Assembly: GCA_965198065.1 (NCBI GenBank)
Contig: CBDAON010000004.1
Coordinates: 672,001 to 736,000 of the forward strand
DNA: 64,000 bases
Origin: Longimicrobiales bacterium
GTDB taxonomy: Bacteria; Gemmatimonadota; Gemmatimonadetes; Longimicrobiales; Gaopeijiaceae
Reading direction: 5' to 3'
Under the pieces are notes generated by a model, which had not been told where the DNA came from, did no database searches, and worked only from the letters and a program-made list of their open reading frames with translations. The position numbers and the translations under genes are program-made. Shown piece by piece: positions 10,062 through 21,696 of this stretch (its first letter is position 1; each line of letters starts with the position of its first letter).

Positions 10062-10909
10062 CCGGTTTCCCCGCTGGGGCTCGTCGAGTTCGCCGGGTCG
10101 GTCCGGCCGATCCCGGTCGCAGAGCCGTCGGCGATCGGCTCGCCGGACACGGGGGGCCCGGCCGGCTCCCCACCTTCCCCGTCCCGAACGTACATCCACA
10201 GCTCGTGGAACGGCGCCGTCTGTCTGAGCTGCAACTGCCTTCGCCGGGAGAGCTCGAGCCCGGCGAGGAACGTCATCACGCCGTGCATCTTCTCCTCGAA
10301 GCCGACCAGGAGCTTCCGAAACTCGATCCGGGTCACCCGCCGGAGCGTCTCGAGGATCAAGTCTACCTTCTCATCCACCGAGATCGGGCGCGCATGGATC
10401 CCGTGATCCCTAGCCCCAGGATCGGGGTCTCGAACGGCCAGCGCCGCCTCGAGCAACTCGTCCCACGTGGTATCGAGCGGGAGATCGGCCGCGGCGGGCG
10501 CCGGCCGAACCGGGAGGAATCCCTTACCGAACCGGCGGGCCCGCTCGGCCTCGCTCCGTTCCATTCGCTCGGTGATCTCTCGAATCTGCTCGTACTCGAG
10601 GAGACGCCGTACAAGCTCGGCCCTGGGGTCCTCTTCCTCTTCCCCCACGGGCTGGGGAAGGAGCATCTGCGCCTTGATGCGGACGAGCGTGGCGGCCATC
10701 TCCAGGAATTCGCCCGCCGACTCGAGATCCATCTCTCGGATCCCTTCGATCGCCGAGAGGAACTGATGGGTGATCCTCGCGATGGGGATGTCGAAGATGT
10801 CGATGTCCTGCCGGCGAATCAGGTGCAGGAGCAGGTCCATCGGCCCCTGGAACCGATCGATCTCCACCAGCAGAAGATCGCCGCGTTCGAGCGACGCGGC
10901 CGTGCTCAT
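10058..10909 (-). CDS. scpA: Segregation and condensation protein ScpA
   Basis: FQGPMDLLLHLI, DIFDIPIARIT, EFLEMAATLVRIK, DPRAELVRRLLEY, TFLAGLEL. Confidence 0.92.
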   Translation of the reverse strand: MSTAASLERGDLLLVEIDRFQGPMDLLLHLIRRQDIDIFDIPIARITHQFLSAIEGIREMDLESAGEFLEMAATLVRIKAQMLLPQPVGEEEEDPRAELVRRLLEYEQIREITERMERSEAERARRFGKGFLPVRPAPAAADLPLDTTWDELLEAALAVRDPDPGARDHGIHARPISVDEKVDLILETLRRVTRIEFRKLLVGFEEKMHGVMTFLAGLELSRRRQLQLRQTAPFHELWMYVRDGEGGEPAGPPVSGEPIADGSATGIGRTDPANSTSPSGETG

Positions 10910-11562
10910 ACTCTCCCCGTGAGCCCGAAGGAAGAGAAGAGGACCTCGGTCAGGAAGTTCACGGGAACCAGGATCAGGCCGAATCCTCCCGGGGCGAACC
11001 ACATGATCGCGAGCAATATCAGTATCCCGTACTGGCCGATGGCCTGGTACCCGGCCTGGAGCCCTTTGGGCAGCAGGTGGCGAACCACGTGCGAGCCGTC
11101 CAGCGGGGGGATCGGCACGAGATTGAAGATGGCGAGAATGAGATTGATGAACACGCCGAAGAACGAGACCGACATCGCGGTCCTGAGCGCGTCCGAGGCG
11201 TCCACCGGATCCACCAGGTAGGCCATGGGGACGATCATCAGCGTGAAGAAGACCGCCAGGAGCAGGTTCACCACGATGCCGGCCATGGAGACCCGGATGT
11301 CGCCCCAGACCGGGCTCCGGAAGTTCGCCGGATTCACGGGCACGGGCTTGGCCCACCCGAGTATCGCGCCGCTCCCGAAGTACGCGAGTGCCGCCGGAAC
11401 GAGGATCGACCCCACCGGGTCCAGGTGCGGAATGGGGTTCAGCGTGACTCGTCCCAGTCGATCGGCCGTGTCGTCTCCCTCTCTTCGCGCGACCCACGCG
11501 TGCGCGACCTCGTGGAGCACGATCGAGTAGAGGAGCACCGGAATGAGGAGGAGCCATTCCAT
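10906..11562 (-). CDS. Site-2 protease family (M50) membrane metalloprotease
   Basis: HEVAH zinc motif, TLNPIPHLDP, GWAKPVPVNP, FNLVPIPPLDG. Confidence 0.92.
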   Translation of the reverse strand: MEWLLLIPVLLYSIVLHEVAHAWVARREGDDTADRLGRVTLNPIPHLDPVGSILVPAALAYFGSGAILGWAKPVPVNPANFRSPVWGDIRVSMAGIVVNLLLAVFFTLMIVPMAYLVDPVDASDALRTAMSVSFFGVFINLILAIFNLVPIPPLDGSHVVRHLLPKGLQAGYQAIGQYGILILLAIMWFAPGGFGLILVPVNFLTEVLFSSFGLTGRV

Positions 11563-11774
11563 GGGCCCCGAAGCTACCCCAACGCCCCGCCCGATACCAG
11601 GCTGGCCCTAGCGCTCTGCCCGGGATGCCGCCGCTCCGCCCGGGCTCCACCGCCCGGCGCGGGTGTGGCCATGATACGGAGTGTCTGCTGCCCGGCCCCG
11701 CCGTTGATCTCGGTGTCGTGCGCCCTTAGCTTGATGAGCTTTTTCAGCACCCGATTCGGAACGAAAGGCCGGGA

Positions 11775-12032
11775 ATGCCGAACCTGAAGAGTTCGAAGAA
11801 GCGGATGGTCCTGTCGCGAAAGCGAGAGGCCCGGAACCGCGCCGTGCGCTCGCAAATCCGGACGGCCGTGAATAAGGTCCGTCAAGCCGCCGACCCCGGG
11901 GAGGCCCAGGCCCGTCTCGGGGAAGTGATCTCGCTGCTGGATCGTGCGGGGCGCACCCGCCTCCTCCACCCGCGCCGGGTGGCCCGCCTGAAGAGCCAGC
12001 TCCAGCGGAGGGTGAACGCCCTCGAGGTCTGA
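11775..12032 (+). CDS. rpsT: 30S ribosomal protein S20
   Basis: MPNLKSSKKR..RNR..RSQIRT..LDRA....LH...AR.KS; 85 aa, basic. Confidence 0.93.
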   Translation: MPNLKSSKKRMVLSRKREARNRAVRSQIRTAVNKVRQAADPGEAQARLGEVISLLDRAGRTRLLHPRRVARLKSQLQRRVNALEV

Positions 12033-12152
12033 GGCGGCCGCATCGTCCGCGCCCGTGATCTTGCGGTCAAGCCGATCGACACCCCGCCGTCGGCCCTACG
12101 GTCGCGCAAACGAGTTGCTTCGCGCTCCTCGTCGGCCCCCGCTCGAGTCCAG

Positions 12153-13481
12153 CTACTCGTCCGGTCCCAGCAGCTCGTGGACGACCCGGTCGCCCACGAG
12201 CGTCAGCACGGCCCGACCTTTGAGCTTCTCTCCGGTAAACGGGGTGTTCCGGCCCCGGGAGTGGAACGTGGCAGGGTCCACCACCCACTCCCAGCCCGGA
12301 TCGACCACGACCAGGTCGGCGGCGGCTCCCGGCTCCAGGGTTCCTGCCGGAAGCCCGAACGCCCGGGCGGGCTGAGTACTCATGCGCTCGACCAGCGTGA
12401 GTAGGTCGATCTTTTGGGTCTCCACGAGGTGCGTGATCATGAGGCCGAGGGCGGTCTCGAGCCCCACGATTCCGAAGGGAGCGTCGTCGAACGCCTGCTC
12501 TTTCTCGTCGTAGTGGTGCGGCGCATGGTCGGTCGCGAGCGTGTCCAGCGTCCCGTCCAAGAACCCCTGCTCGACGGCCGCCCGGTCTTCCTCGGTCCGG
12601 AGCGGAGGGTTCATCTTCGCGTCGGTCCGGTACCCGTCCACGGCAGAGTCGGTGAGAAGTAGGTGATGGGGGGTCGCCTCGGCGGTCACCCGAACGCCGC
12701 GCCCCTTGGCGCGACGGATGAGGTCCACCCCGAGGCGGGTGGATACGTGCTGGAGATGGATGTGCCCGCCGGTGAGCTCGGCCACTAGGAGGTCCCTGGC
12801 GATGTGCACGTCCTCGGCCGCATTCGGTGCTCCGTGGAGTCCCAGTCGCGCCGAGACGAACCCTTCGTTCATCACGCCGTTCCGGGACAGACCCACGTCC
12901 TCGGGGTGATCCGCTACCGGGATGCCGAACGCCTGGGAGTACGAGAGCGCCATGCGCATGAGCCCCGAGTCCATGACCGGGCTCCCATCGTCGGTGATCG
13001 CGACTGCGCCCGCTTCCACGAGCTCGCCGATCTCGGTGAGCTGCTCCCCTTTTCGTCCGAGCGAGACCGCCCCCACCGGATACACCCGGCTGAAGCCTGC
13101 CTGCTTCCCGGCCGCGGCCACGAAGCCCACCGTCGCGGGGGAGTCGGTCGGCGGATCAGTGTTGGGCATCGCGCAGATAGAGGTGAACCCGCCCGCCGCC
13201 GCGGCTCGCGCCCCCGTGGCGATGGTCTCCTTGTGCTCCGCCCCGGGCTCGCGCAGGTGCACGTGCACGTCCACTAGGCCGGGGAAGACCAGCCGCCCTC
13301 CGCACTCCACGACCTTCGCGGTCTCGGGCGCCTCGAGTCCGTCACCGACCTCGCCCACCACGCCCTTGGCCACGAGCACGTCGAGGATCCGGTCGAGCTT
13401 TTGGGCCGGATCCACGACCCGCCCCCCCCGAAAGAGGATGGGCCGCCCGCTCATCCGGCGCTCCGGCACGTTGGAGCTCAT
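12153..13481 (-). CDS. pyrC: Dihydroorotase
   Basis: [36 protein letters not shown]; follows pyrB. Confidence 0.93.
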   Translation of the reverse strand: MSSNVPERRMSGRPILFRGGRVVDPAQKLDRILDVLVAKGVVGEVGDGLEAPETAKVVECGGRLVFPGLVDVHVHLREPGAEHKETIATGARAAAAGGFTSICAMPNTDPPTDSPATVGFVAAAGKQAGFSRVYPVGAVSLGRKGEQLTEIGELVEAGAVAITDDGSPVMDSGLMRMALSYSQAFGIPVADHPEDVGLSRNGVMNEGFVSARLGLHGAPNAAEDVHIARDLLVAELTGGHIHLQHVSTRLGVDLIRRAKGRGVRVTAEATPHHLLLTDSAVDGYRTDAKMNPPLRTEEDRAAVEQGFLDGTLDTLATDHAPHHYDEKEQAFDDAPFGIVGLETALGLMITHLVETQKIDLLTLVERMSTQPARAFGLPAGTLEPGAAADLVVVDPGWEWVVDPATFHSRGRNTPFTGEKLKGRAVLTLVGDRVVHELLGPDE

Positions 13482-14452
13482 GCCACTTCTCCGCCCTGCT
13501 TCGCGGCCTCCGCTAGCTCCGGAGCACCGCCGGCCAGGAGATAGAGGACCGCCATCCGGACGGCGACTCCGTTCGTGACCTGCTTCAGGATCACGGAGTG
13601 CGGTCCGTCCGCCACGTCCGAGTCGATCTCGACCCCCCGGTTCATTGGCCCGGGATGGAGGACGAGCAGCTCGCTTGGCGCCCGGTCGAGCCTCTCGGCC
13701 GAGATCCCGTAGAAGCGGTTGTACTCCCGGAGCGACGGTACGAAGCCGCTCTTCATCCTCTCGAGTTGGAGGCGGAGAACGTTCAGCACGTCCGCCCACT
13801 CGATCGCTTCCTCCACGCGGCGAAAGACCCTGACCCCCAGCACCTCGATCCCGGTGGGGAGGAGCGTCATCGGACCGCAAACCCCGACGTCGGCTCCGAG
13901 CTTGAGCAACCCGAAGATGTTCGACCTCGCGACCCTGGAGTGGAGGATGTCTCCGATCACGCAGACCTTCAGGCCCTCGATCCTCCCCTTGTGATCCCGG
14001 ATCGTGAGAAGGTCAAGGAGGGCCTGCGTTGGGTGCTCGTGCGCCCCGTCACCGGCGTTCACCACGTTCGAGGGAATCCGCTCGGCCAGGAAGCGCGCGG
14101 CTCCCGACGAGTGGTGCCGAATCACGACCATGTCGATCCGCATCGCCTCGAGGTTGCGAGCCGTATCGACCAGAGACTCTCCCTTCACGACCGACGACCC
14201 GGAGGCCGCGATGTTCACCGTGTCCGCCGAGAGGCGCTTCTCCGCGAACTCGAACGAGATTCGCGTGCGGGTGGAGGGCTCCAGGAAGAGATTCACGATC
14301 GTCTTCCCGCGTAGGACGGGGACCTTTTTGATCCGCCGCTCGGAGATCTCCTTGAAGGGCTCAGCGGTGCTAAGAATAGTGAGAATCTGCTCGGCGGTGA
14401 GGTGCTCGAGCCCCACCAGGTCTTTCCCGAGGGAAGAGACCGTCGGGTTCAC
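13478..14452 (-). CDS. pyrB: Aspartate carbamoyltransferase catalytic subunit
   Basis: [45 protein letters not shown]. Confidence 0.96.
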   Translation of the reverse strand: MNPTVSSLGKDLVGLEHLTAEQILTILSTAEPFKEISERRIKKVPVLRGKTIVNLFLEPSTRTRISFEFAEKRLSADTVNIAASGSSVVKGESLVDTARNLEAMRIDMVVIRHHSSGAARFLAERIPSNVVNAGDGAHEHPTQALLDLLTIRDHKGRIEGLKVCVIGDILHSRVARSNIFGLLKLGADVGVCGPMTLLPTGIEVLGVRVFRRVEEAIEWADVLNVLRLQLERMKSGFVPSLREYNRFYGISAERLDRAPSELLVLHPGPMNRGVEIDSDVADGPHSVILKQVTNGVAVRMAVLYLLAGGAPELAEAAKQGGEVA

Positions 14453-15009
14453 TTGGCCGCCGGAGTCAGGGGGGAGAGCTCCACGGCCAGGCGGCCGTCC
14501 ACCTCGGGGACGCGCACGTCCACTTTCTGATCAGGAGGGGCGCTCACCCGGCGTCCGACGATGTCGGGCTGGATGGGAAGCTCGCGGCCCCCGCGATCGA
14601 CCAGCACGCAGAAGAGAATCCGGGAGGGACGTCCCCAGTCTATGAGCTCGTTCAGGGCGGCGCGGGCCGTACGGCCAGTGAACAGGACATCGTCTACGAT
14701 TACGACGGTGCGGTCGTCCACGCCCTCCATGGGAAGGCTGGACTCTCCCACCACGGGTCTGGGGCCCACGGCGGCCAGATCGTCACGGTAGAGGGTGATG
14801 TCCAGGGCGCCCGTGGCGATCGGCGTGCCCTCCTCCTTCTCGATCCGGGTACGCAGCCGGTCAGCGAGCTCGACGCCTCGTCTCTGGATCCCCAGGAGGA
14901 CCAGCCCCTTTGCTCCCTCGTTTCGCTCCACGATCTCGCGGGCCATCCGGGCCAAAACGCGCTCGACGGCTTGTTGATCCAGCAGAGTGACCGGTCCGCT
15001 TGTGGTCAT
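14449..15009 (-). CDS. pyrR: Bifunctional pyr operon regulator / uracil phosphoribosyltransferase
   Basis: [36 protein letters not shown]. Confidence 0.94.
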   Translation of the reverse strand: MTTSGPVTLLDQQAVERVLARMAREIVERNEGAKGLVLLGIQRRGVELADRLRTRIEKEEGTPIATGALDITLYRDDLAAVGPRPVVGESSLPMEGVDDRTVVIVDDVLFTGRTARAALNELIDWGRPSRILFCVLVDRGGRELPIQPDIVGRRVSAPPDQKVDVRVPEVDGRLAVELSPLTPAAK

Positions 15010-15143
15010 CGCCCGGAGAACCTCGGCGCTCGAGGGGCGTTTTCGGAGCCGCGGAAAGCTAGTGGCCACCCCCGGAAGTTTCCAGGCCGAAAGCCCGCTC
15101 GCCGCCTTTACATTCACCACCCCCGGGCACATGATGTCGGCTC

Positions 15144-17078
15144 ATGACGAGACGTTCCCTCCTGCTCCTCGCCGCCTGGCTGGGAGGGACGTCCCTTCCG
15201 GCCCCCCTGGCCGCACAGGCCGTAGAGGACGGACCCCAGGTGTTCGTGGGAGGGGTGCCGTTCTCCCTCACCCTGGTGGGGGTCCCGGGAGCCGAGCTCC
15301 CCTTCCAGATCGAGACCTCGGGGGGCGAGACCCTCGCGGCCGGCGCCCTCGAGCCGGGGGAGACCCGGGTCGTGCCCGACCTCGTCGTCCGGGGCCGCGC
15401 CGATCTTCCCCTGACGGCTCTCCTGGGACCCGATCCGGTGGAGGTGTCGGGCCCCTACGTTCCGGGCTGGTTCTCCCTCCTCCCACCCATCGTCGCGATT
15501 GCCCTCGCCCTGGCACTTGGTGAGGTCATCGTCTCGCTCTTCGCGGGGGTCTGGCTGGGGGCCCTCGCGGTGTCGGGATTCGATCCCCTCCGGGCGATCT
15601 GGCGAGTGGTCGACGAGCTCGCGGTACCCGCTCTGGGAGACACCGGGGGCCAGACCCAGATCGTCGTCTTCTCCCTCCTCCTCGGCGGCATGGTCGGGAT
15701 TGTGTCCCGAAACGCAGGCACGCGGGGAATCGTGAACCTCGTGGTGGGCTGGGCGACCACGAGACGGAGGGGGAAGCTCGGCACATGGGGCGCCGGTCTC
15801 GCGATCTTCTTCGACGATTACGCGAACACGCTCATCGTGGGGAACTCGATGAGGCCGATCACGGATCGCCTGCGGATCTCCAGGGAAAAGCTCGCTTACC
15901 TGGTGGACTCCACGGCTGCATCGGTCGCCGCGATCGTTCCGATCTCCACCTGGGTGGGATACGAGATCTCGCTCATCGCGGATGGGCTACAGATCGCGGC
16001 CGAGCAGGCTCCTACTCCTGAGCTGGCTCAGGCGCTTCTCGACGCGTCCCCGCTCGTGATCTTTCTCCAGACGATCCCCTATCGGTTCTATCCGCTCCTC
16101 GCCCTCTTCCTGGCCTTCCTCACCTCCTGGACGGGTCGTGACTTCGGCCCGATGGCGGACGCGGAGCGTCGGGCCGCGGCCGGACGGGGCCTCGTACGAC
16201 AGGGTGCCTCGCTGGCAGCCGATACCTCGGGCGAGCAGATGTCTCCACCCCAGGGGGCGCCGGAGCGCTGGTGGAACGCAGCGCTTCCGGTCCTCGCGGT
16301 GATGCTGGTCGTCCTCGGGGGCCTTTACACTACGGGGCGCGCTGCTGTGGGGAGCGAGGCGTCCCTCACGGACGTGTTCGGGGCCGCCGACCCTTTCGTG
16401 ACCCTTCTCTGGGGCTCGCTCGCCGGGTGCGTGGTCGCCGCCGTTCTCTCCGTGGGCCAGCGGATCCTCTCGCTCAAGGACACGATCGCGGCTTGGGTGG
16501 CCGGCATGCGGGCGATGGTCTTTCCGCTCGTCATCTTGGTGCTGGCCTGGTCCCTGGCCGCCGTCACGGAGATCCTGGGCACGGCACCCTATCTCGCGCA
16601 GGTGCTGAGCGACCGGGTGCCGCTGGGCCTCCTCCCCGCGCTCGTGTTCGTCACCGCGGCCGGCATCTCGTTCGCGACCGGGACGTCCTGGGGCACGATG
16701 GCGATCCTGCTCCCGCTCGTGGTGCCGCTCACCGTGAACCTGGGGGGTGCGGCCGGGTTCGACGGGAGCGGCGAGTATACGATCCTGCTCGGCACGATCT
16801 CGTCGGTCCTGGCGGGGGCGATCTTCGGCGACCACTGCTCGCCGATCTCCGACACGACCGTTCTGTCCTCCATGGCGAGCGCGTGCGACCACGTGGATCA
16901 CGTGCGCACCCAACTCCCGTACGCGATCGGCATCGCCGCCCTGACGGTCCCCATCGGGGACGTGGGAACGGCCTACGGACTCCCGAGCTGGGTCGCGCTC
17001 CCCGTGATGGCCGCCCTGGCGTGGCTCTTCCTGCGCTGGCGCGGAAGCGTGGCGGACGAAGAAGGCGCCCGGGCCTGA
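15144..17078 (+). CDS. Na+/H+ antiporter NhaC-family membrane protein
   Basis: IFFDDYAN, SREKLAYLVDST, FATGTSWGTM, GDHCSPISDTT..SS..CDH..HV.TQLPYA. Confidence 0.88.
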   Translation: MTRRSLLLLAAWLGGTSLPAPLAAQAVEDGPQVFVGGVPFSLTLVGVPGAELPFQIETSGGETLAAGALEPGETRVVPDLVVRGRADLPLTALLGPDPVEVSGPYVPGWFSLLPPIVAIALALALGEVIVSLFAGVWLGALAVSGFDPLRAIWRVVDELAVPALGDTGGQTQIVVFSLLLGGMVGIVSRNAGTRGIVNLVVGWATTRRRGKLGTWGAGLAIFFDDYANTLIVGNSMRPITDRLRISREKLAYLVDSTAASVAAIVPISTWVGYEISLIADGLQIAAEQAPTPELAQALLDASPLVIFLQTIPYRFYPLLALFLAFLTSWTGRDFGPMADAERRAAAGRGLVRQGASLAADTSGEQMSPPQGAPERWWNAALPVLAVMLVVLGGLYTTGRAAVGSEASLTDVFGAADPFVTLLWGSLAGCVVAAVLSVGQRILSLKDTIAAWVAGMRAMVFPLVILVLAWSLAAVTEILGTAPYLAQVLSDRVPLGLLPALVFVTAAGISFATGTSWGTMAILLPLVVPLTVNLGGAAGFDGSGEYTILLGTISSVLAGAIFGDHCSPISDTTVLSSMASACDHVDHVRTQLPYAIGIAALTVPIGDVGTAYGLPSWVALPVMAALAWLFLRWRGSVADEEGARA

Positions 17079-17222
17079 GGACCCGCGCCCCACCCCCTTC
17101 CCCATTCGACGGCCGCGGAGCGAACCGGCCGATCCCGCGACCGAAGCGTCACCCGCTGCACCGCCAGCTGCCGAGCTCTCCCACGAGCAGGACGTTGGTG
17201 TTCCGGCAGTCGATCGCGTTCG

Positions 17223-18983
17223 TCACTCGCGGATCTTCACAACGGTTGCGGCCAGGACCATGGCCAGCACGGCGAGGGTGATGACTCCCGCGTTCAACCC
17301 CACCCCGTTCACCCAGATGAAGGCCAGCGATCCCGTCAGGAGTAAATAGTACACCATCGGGAAGACCGTCTGCCGGAGCAGGAGTCCCTCCTTCCCCATC
17401 AGCCCCACCGTCGCGGCGGCCGCGACGACGTTGTGCACCGTAATCATGTTCCCCGCTGCGCCACCCACCGCCTGAACCGCCACCACCACCTCCGGAATCG
17501 CGTCGATTCTCTGCGCGGTCGCAAACTGGAAGAGTGAGAACGTCAGATTGCTCACCGTGTTGCTCCCCGCAATGAACGCCCCCAGCGCACCGATCCAGGG
17601 CGCGAACAGCGGCCATGCGTTCCCCGCCAAGGACGCCGCTCCCTCCGCCAGGGTGATCGGCATGCTTGCAAGCCCCGACGCATTGAATCCCTCCCCGGAA
17701 TTGATGAACACCCGCACGAGCGGCAAGGCGAACAGGAGCGCCACTGCCGCCCCCGCGATCTGGCCTCCGGCCACCCGCCACGACTGCTTGATCTCGTCCC
17801 GCTTCATCGCGTGAATGAAGTACGTGGCCCCGATCACCAGGAGGAACATGAACCCCGGAAGGTACACCGGCTGGAGTGCTCCCGTGATCGGAGTCCCGAA
17901 AATGTTCGGCCACTCCCACCTCACACCGGCCAGTCTCGGCTGGAGCCCCAGGCTCGGAATCCGCGTTAGAACCAACACCAGGGCCACCAGCAGGTAGGGA
18001 ACCCACGCCCGAACGATCCCCATCTCCGATTGGCCGTCGTGGGCGGTCTCCTTTTCCGGGTCCACGTTGCCCATCCAGTCCGCGCCCCATGCCGACCGTG
18101 GACCAAAATCCCACGTCTCCTTCGGCATCAGAAACCCCTTCTGCGCTGCGAAGGTCACCACGCCCAGCCCAATCAGTCCCCCCAGGAGCGCCGGAAATTC
18201 GGGCCCCAAAACCAGGGCTACCGCGACGTACGGAATCGTCATCGCAAACGCCGCAAAGAGCGCGAACTTCCACACCTTCAATCCCTCTCCGAAACTCCGC
18301 TTCTCCCCGTAGAACCCCGTCAGCATGCACGCCACGAAGAGCGGTATCAGCGTGCCCGCCGCAGCGTGCATCACCGCGACACGCACGGCGATGTGCGCCA
18401 GGTACTCCTGAAACGTAAACCCCATCGCCGCTACCTGAGACACGACGGCCGGCACACCCGTCAGCCCCCCGGACACGCCCACCAGGATCGGCGTCCCGAC
18501 CGCCCCGAAGCTCACCGGGGTGCTCTGGATCACGAGTCCCACCATCACCGCTGCCATCGCCGGGAACCCCAGCGCCAGCATAAGGGGGGCTGCGACCGCG
18601 GCAGGCGTCCCGAAACCCGAGGCCCCCTCGATGAAGCTCCCGAAGAGCCACCCGATGATGATGGCCTGCACTCTCCGGTCCGGGCTGATCCGCGTAAACG
18701 CCGCGCGGATCGTCCGAATCGCTCCACTAGCGGTCAACGTCGCGAGCAGCAACAAGGCCCCGAAGATGATGTACAAGAGCCCTGTCGCAATGATGAGTCC
18801 CTCCACGCTCGCGGCCGCGATGTTCACCCACTCGATGTTCCACACGAGGACCGCAATCACCACCACGATCACGTATCCCACCGGCATCGCCCATTTCGCC
18901 GGCCACCGGAATCCCACCAACAGCACCCCGACTGCCAGGAGCGGGGCGAGGGCTAGCAAGCTCTGTACGGCTAGATTGTCCAC
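17223..18983 (-). CDS. lctP: L-lactate permease
   Basis: [38 protein letters not shown]. Confidence 0.9.
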   Translation of the reverse strand: MDNLAVQSLLALAPLLAVGVLLVGFRWPAKWAMPVGYVIVVVIAVLVWNIEWVNIAAASVEGLIIATGLLYIIFGALLLLATLTASGAIRTIRAAFTRISPDRRVQAIIIGWLFGSFIEGASGFGTPAAVAAPLMLALGFPAMAAVMVGLVIQSTPVSFGAVGTPILVGVSGGLTGVPAVVSQVAAMGFTFQEYLAHIAVRVAVMHAAAGTLIPLFVACMLTGFYGEKRSFGEGLKVWKFALFAAFAMTIPYVAVALVLGPEFPALLGGLIGLGVVTFAAQKGFLMPKETWDFGPRSAWGADWMGNVDPEKETAHDGQSEMGIVRAWVPYLLVALVLVLTRIPSLGLQPRLAGVRWEWPNIFGTPITGALQPVYLPGFMFLLVIGATYFIHAMKRDEIKQSWRVAGGQIAGAAVALLFALPLVRVFINSGEGFNASGLASMPITLAEGAASLAGNAWPLFAPWIGALGAFIAGSNTVSNLTFSLFQFATAQRIDAIPEVVVAVQAVGGAAGNMITVHNVVAAAATVGLMGKEGLLLRQTVFPMVYYLLLTGSLAFIWVNGVGLNAGVITLAVLAMVLAATVVKIRE

Positions 18984-19263
18984 GTGTCCCTCCTCGTTCG
19001 TCGCGGGGTGGGAACCCGCGACGTGCTTCCCTCGTCTGCACGCGACCGTGGCCGGGAACGGCAGCCCGGATGCTCCAGCGCTCAAACGGCGCCGCTGAAA
19101 CTAAGGGTGACCGGCACAGGACGCACGGTCTACTTCGCAGCGGGGCTCGCCCTCCACTTTCTTGAGTTCCTGCACGGGAACGGGACGCGGCGCGCTGTCG
19201 AAAGCGCCGGGTCGGTCCTGGCCGCGCTGATCGGACTCCGAGGCCCCTGATCGACCTCCTTCC

Positions 19264-19932
19264 CTAATCGACCTTCGTATAGACGACGAAGAACTTGTCG
19301 TCGAAGACGTCGAATTCCCGCGTCCGAACGAATCCTGCGATCGTCATCCACTGGTCCACCTGGTCCGGACCGATCAGCATCTCCGGCTGGTTCGAGTGTG
19401 GAACGCCCTCGACGTTCATGTCGTAGTCCACCACGATGATCCGGCTGCGCGGAGCCATGTAGCCGGCAAGGGTGCGGAGGTATCCCTGCCGGCCTTCGAT
19501 GTGGTGGAGCACGTCGTGGAAGAAGGCCACGTCCACGTCCAGACGAGGGAGCCTCGGGTCCCCGAACTCGCCCACAACGGGCACCACGTTCGACACCCCA
19601 CCCTCGCGGGCCTTCTCCGCGATCATGGGGAGGAAGCCCGCGTCCACTTCCACGGCGAGCACTGTGCCCGCCGGCCCCACGGCGAGGGCCATGGGAACGG
19701 AGAAGACTCCGGTTCCCGCACCGATGTCGGCCACCACGTCGCCGGCCTGGAGCCCCAGGAGGGACACGACCCGCTCGATCTCGAGGCTCTGGAGACGCCG
19801 ACCGCTCTCGAGTGTAACCGCCCATTGGCCGGCCGGCCGACTTCCGAGCTGGGCAGAAGCGCCGTCCGAGGCGCCGAGCAGGGTGAGCATGACGAACGAC
19901 ACGGCGATGTCGGCTCGCGCGAGACCTCGCAT
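19264..19932 (-). CDS. Exported class I SAM-dependent methyltransferase
   Basis: Signal peptide; VVADIGAGTG motif I; VLHH. Confidence 0.8.
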   Translation of the reverse strand: MRGLARADIAVSFVMLTLLGASDGASAQLGSRPAGQWAVTLESGRRLQSLEIERVVSLLGLQAGDVVADIGAGTGVFSVPMALAVGPAGTVLAVEVDAGFLPMIAEKAREGGVSNVVPVVGEFGDPRLPRLDVDVAFFHDVLHHIEGRQGYLRTLAGYMAPRSRIIVVDYDMNVEGVPHSNQPEMLIGPDQVDQWMTIAGFVRTREFDVFDDKFFVVYTKVD

Positions 19933-20184
19933 CGAATGCCTCCTTCCTCACATGGGGGCCGCCAAACGGGAGCTCTTGCCTCACGTCTTCTGCCCGGGCG
20001 ACCCCACCGAACCTGTCGCTTGGCAGCGAAGATTGGCCCCCCGGGCACCTGTGGTCAAATGCGCGAGGCGCTGCGGACGGGCTCCGGACAAGCCCGCACA
20101 TTGCTGGAGAGACGTCCGACGAGACTCGTCGCAAGAGGCGCGGGTTTCCTTGCCGCTCGCCAACGGCCCTCCTACTGTCGGGCG

Positions 20185-21696
20185 ATGACCCTTCCGCTCC
20201 TCCGAAACGCGGAGTCCCGTCCCGAGCGGGTGGCCCTTGTCGCCCCCGAAGGGGTGTTCACCTACGCGGACCTAGTCCAGGCCTCCCACGCCGCCGCGAC
20301 AGCCCTCCTGGACGGCCGGCCCGACCTGGACGGAGCCCGGGTGTGCTTCCTCGTCCCGCCGGGCTGGCACTGGGTGGGCACACAGTGGGGCATCTGGAGG
20401 GCGGGAGGGATCGCCGTCCCGCTCGCCGTGTCGCACCCCACGGCCGAGCTCACCTACGTTCTCCGGGACACGGCCCCCGACGTCGTGGTAGCACACCCGA
20501 GCCTCCTCGAGCGCGCCCGGGCGGCAGCCGACGTAATCGCAGCACCCGTCGTCCGCACGGACGCGCTCCTCGAGGGTCCCCCCGACGGCCCCCTCCCCGA
20601 CCCGGGGCCGGACCGCACCGCGATGATACTCTACACGTCGGGGACGACTGGGCGACCCAAGGGCGTCGTGACCGCGCACGGCACGATCCAGGCCCAGGTG
20701 GAGTCGCTGGTCCAGGCGTGGGGGTGGACGGAGGCCGATCACATCCTCCTCCACCTTCCTCTCCACCACGTTCACGGGATCGTGAACGCGCTCACCTGTG
20801 CGCTCTGGTCGGGCGCGTGTTGTCAGATCCTCGAGCGCTTCGACGCCGAAGCGGTCTGGGAGCGCCTCGCCCGCGGAGACGTGACCCTCTACATGGCGGT
20901 CCCCACCGTGTATGGGCGCCTGATCCAGGCGTGGGGCGCGGCCGACCCGGATCGGAGGACCCGATGGTCTGCGGGAGCGGCGGGTAGTCTCCGCCTCATG
21001 GTGAGCGGATCCGCTGCCCTTCCTCCCTCGACCCTGGCCCGCTGGGAGGAGATCACAGGTCAGCGACTCCTCGAGCGCTACGGGATGACCGAGATCGGGA
21101 TGGCCCTCTCGAACCCACTCCGCGCTGAGCGGCGAGCGAGGTACGTGGGGACTCCTCTCCCCGGTGTCGACGTCCGCCTCGTGGACGACGGCGGACGCGC
21201 GCCCCCAAACGGCCAGCCGGGTGAAATCCAGGTCCGAGGGTCCACCGTCTTCCGCGGCTACTGGCGCCGCCCCCGTGAGACCGCAGAGGCGTTCACGGAG
21301 GACGGGTGGTTTCGAACGGGCGATCAGGCGGTCGTTGAGGAGGGAGCGTGGAGGATCCTGGGCCGAGCGAGCACGGACATCTTGAAGACCGGGGGCGAGA
21401 AGGTCTCGGCCCTGGAGATCGAGGACGTCCTCCGTGAGCGGAGGGATGTCTTGGACTGCGCGGTCGTCGGGGTCCCGGATTCCGACTGGGGCGAGCGTGT
21501 GTGCGCGGCCGTCGTTCCCGACGCGAACGGATCGCCGCCCAGCGTGGACGAGCTCCGGGCGTTCGCGGAAAAACGGCTCGCTCCGTACAAGGTCCCGAGA
21601 TCCCTCCTTCTCGTTGACGAGCTGCCCCGGAATGCCATGGGAAAGGTCACGAAGCCCGAGGTCCGACGACTCTTCGAGACGGAGGAGGCCACATGA
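20185..21696 (+). CDS. Acyl-CoA synthetase, malonyl-CoA synthetase (MatB/ACSF3)-like
   Basis: YTSGTTGRPKG, LPLHHVHG, ERYGMTEIGM, GWFRTGD, PRNAMGKV. Confidence 0.88.
   Translation: MTLPLLRNAESRPERVALVAPEGVFTYADLVQASHAAATALLDGRPDLDGARVCFLVPPGWHWVGTQWGIWRAGGIAVPLAVSHPTAELTYVLRDTAPDVVVAHPSLLERARAAADVIAAPVVRTDALLEGPPDGPLPDPGPDRTAMILYTSGTTGRPKGVVTAHGTIQAQVESLVQAWGWTEADHILLHLPLHHVHGIVNALTCALWSGACCQILERFDAEAVWERLARGDVTLYMAVPTVYGRLIQAWGAADPDRRTRWSAGAAGSLRLMVSGSAALPPSTLARWEEITGQRLLERYGMTEIGMALSNPLRAERRARYVGTPLPGVDVRLVDDGGRAPPNGQPGEIQVRGSTVFRGYWRRPRETAEAFTEDGWFRTGDQAVVEEGAWRILGRASTDILKTGGEKVSALEIEDVLRERRDVLDCAVVGVPDSDWGERVCAAVVPDANGSPPSVDELRAFAEKRLAPYKVPRSLLLVDELPRNAMGKVTKPEVRRLFETEEAT

Noticed and set aside
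15010..15143. PyrR-binding attenuator upstream of pyrR
   Set aside because: No recognisable PyrR binding loop or U-tailed terminator in this short divergent intergenic region.
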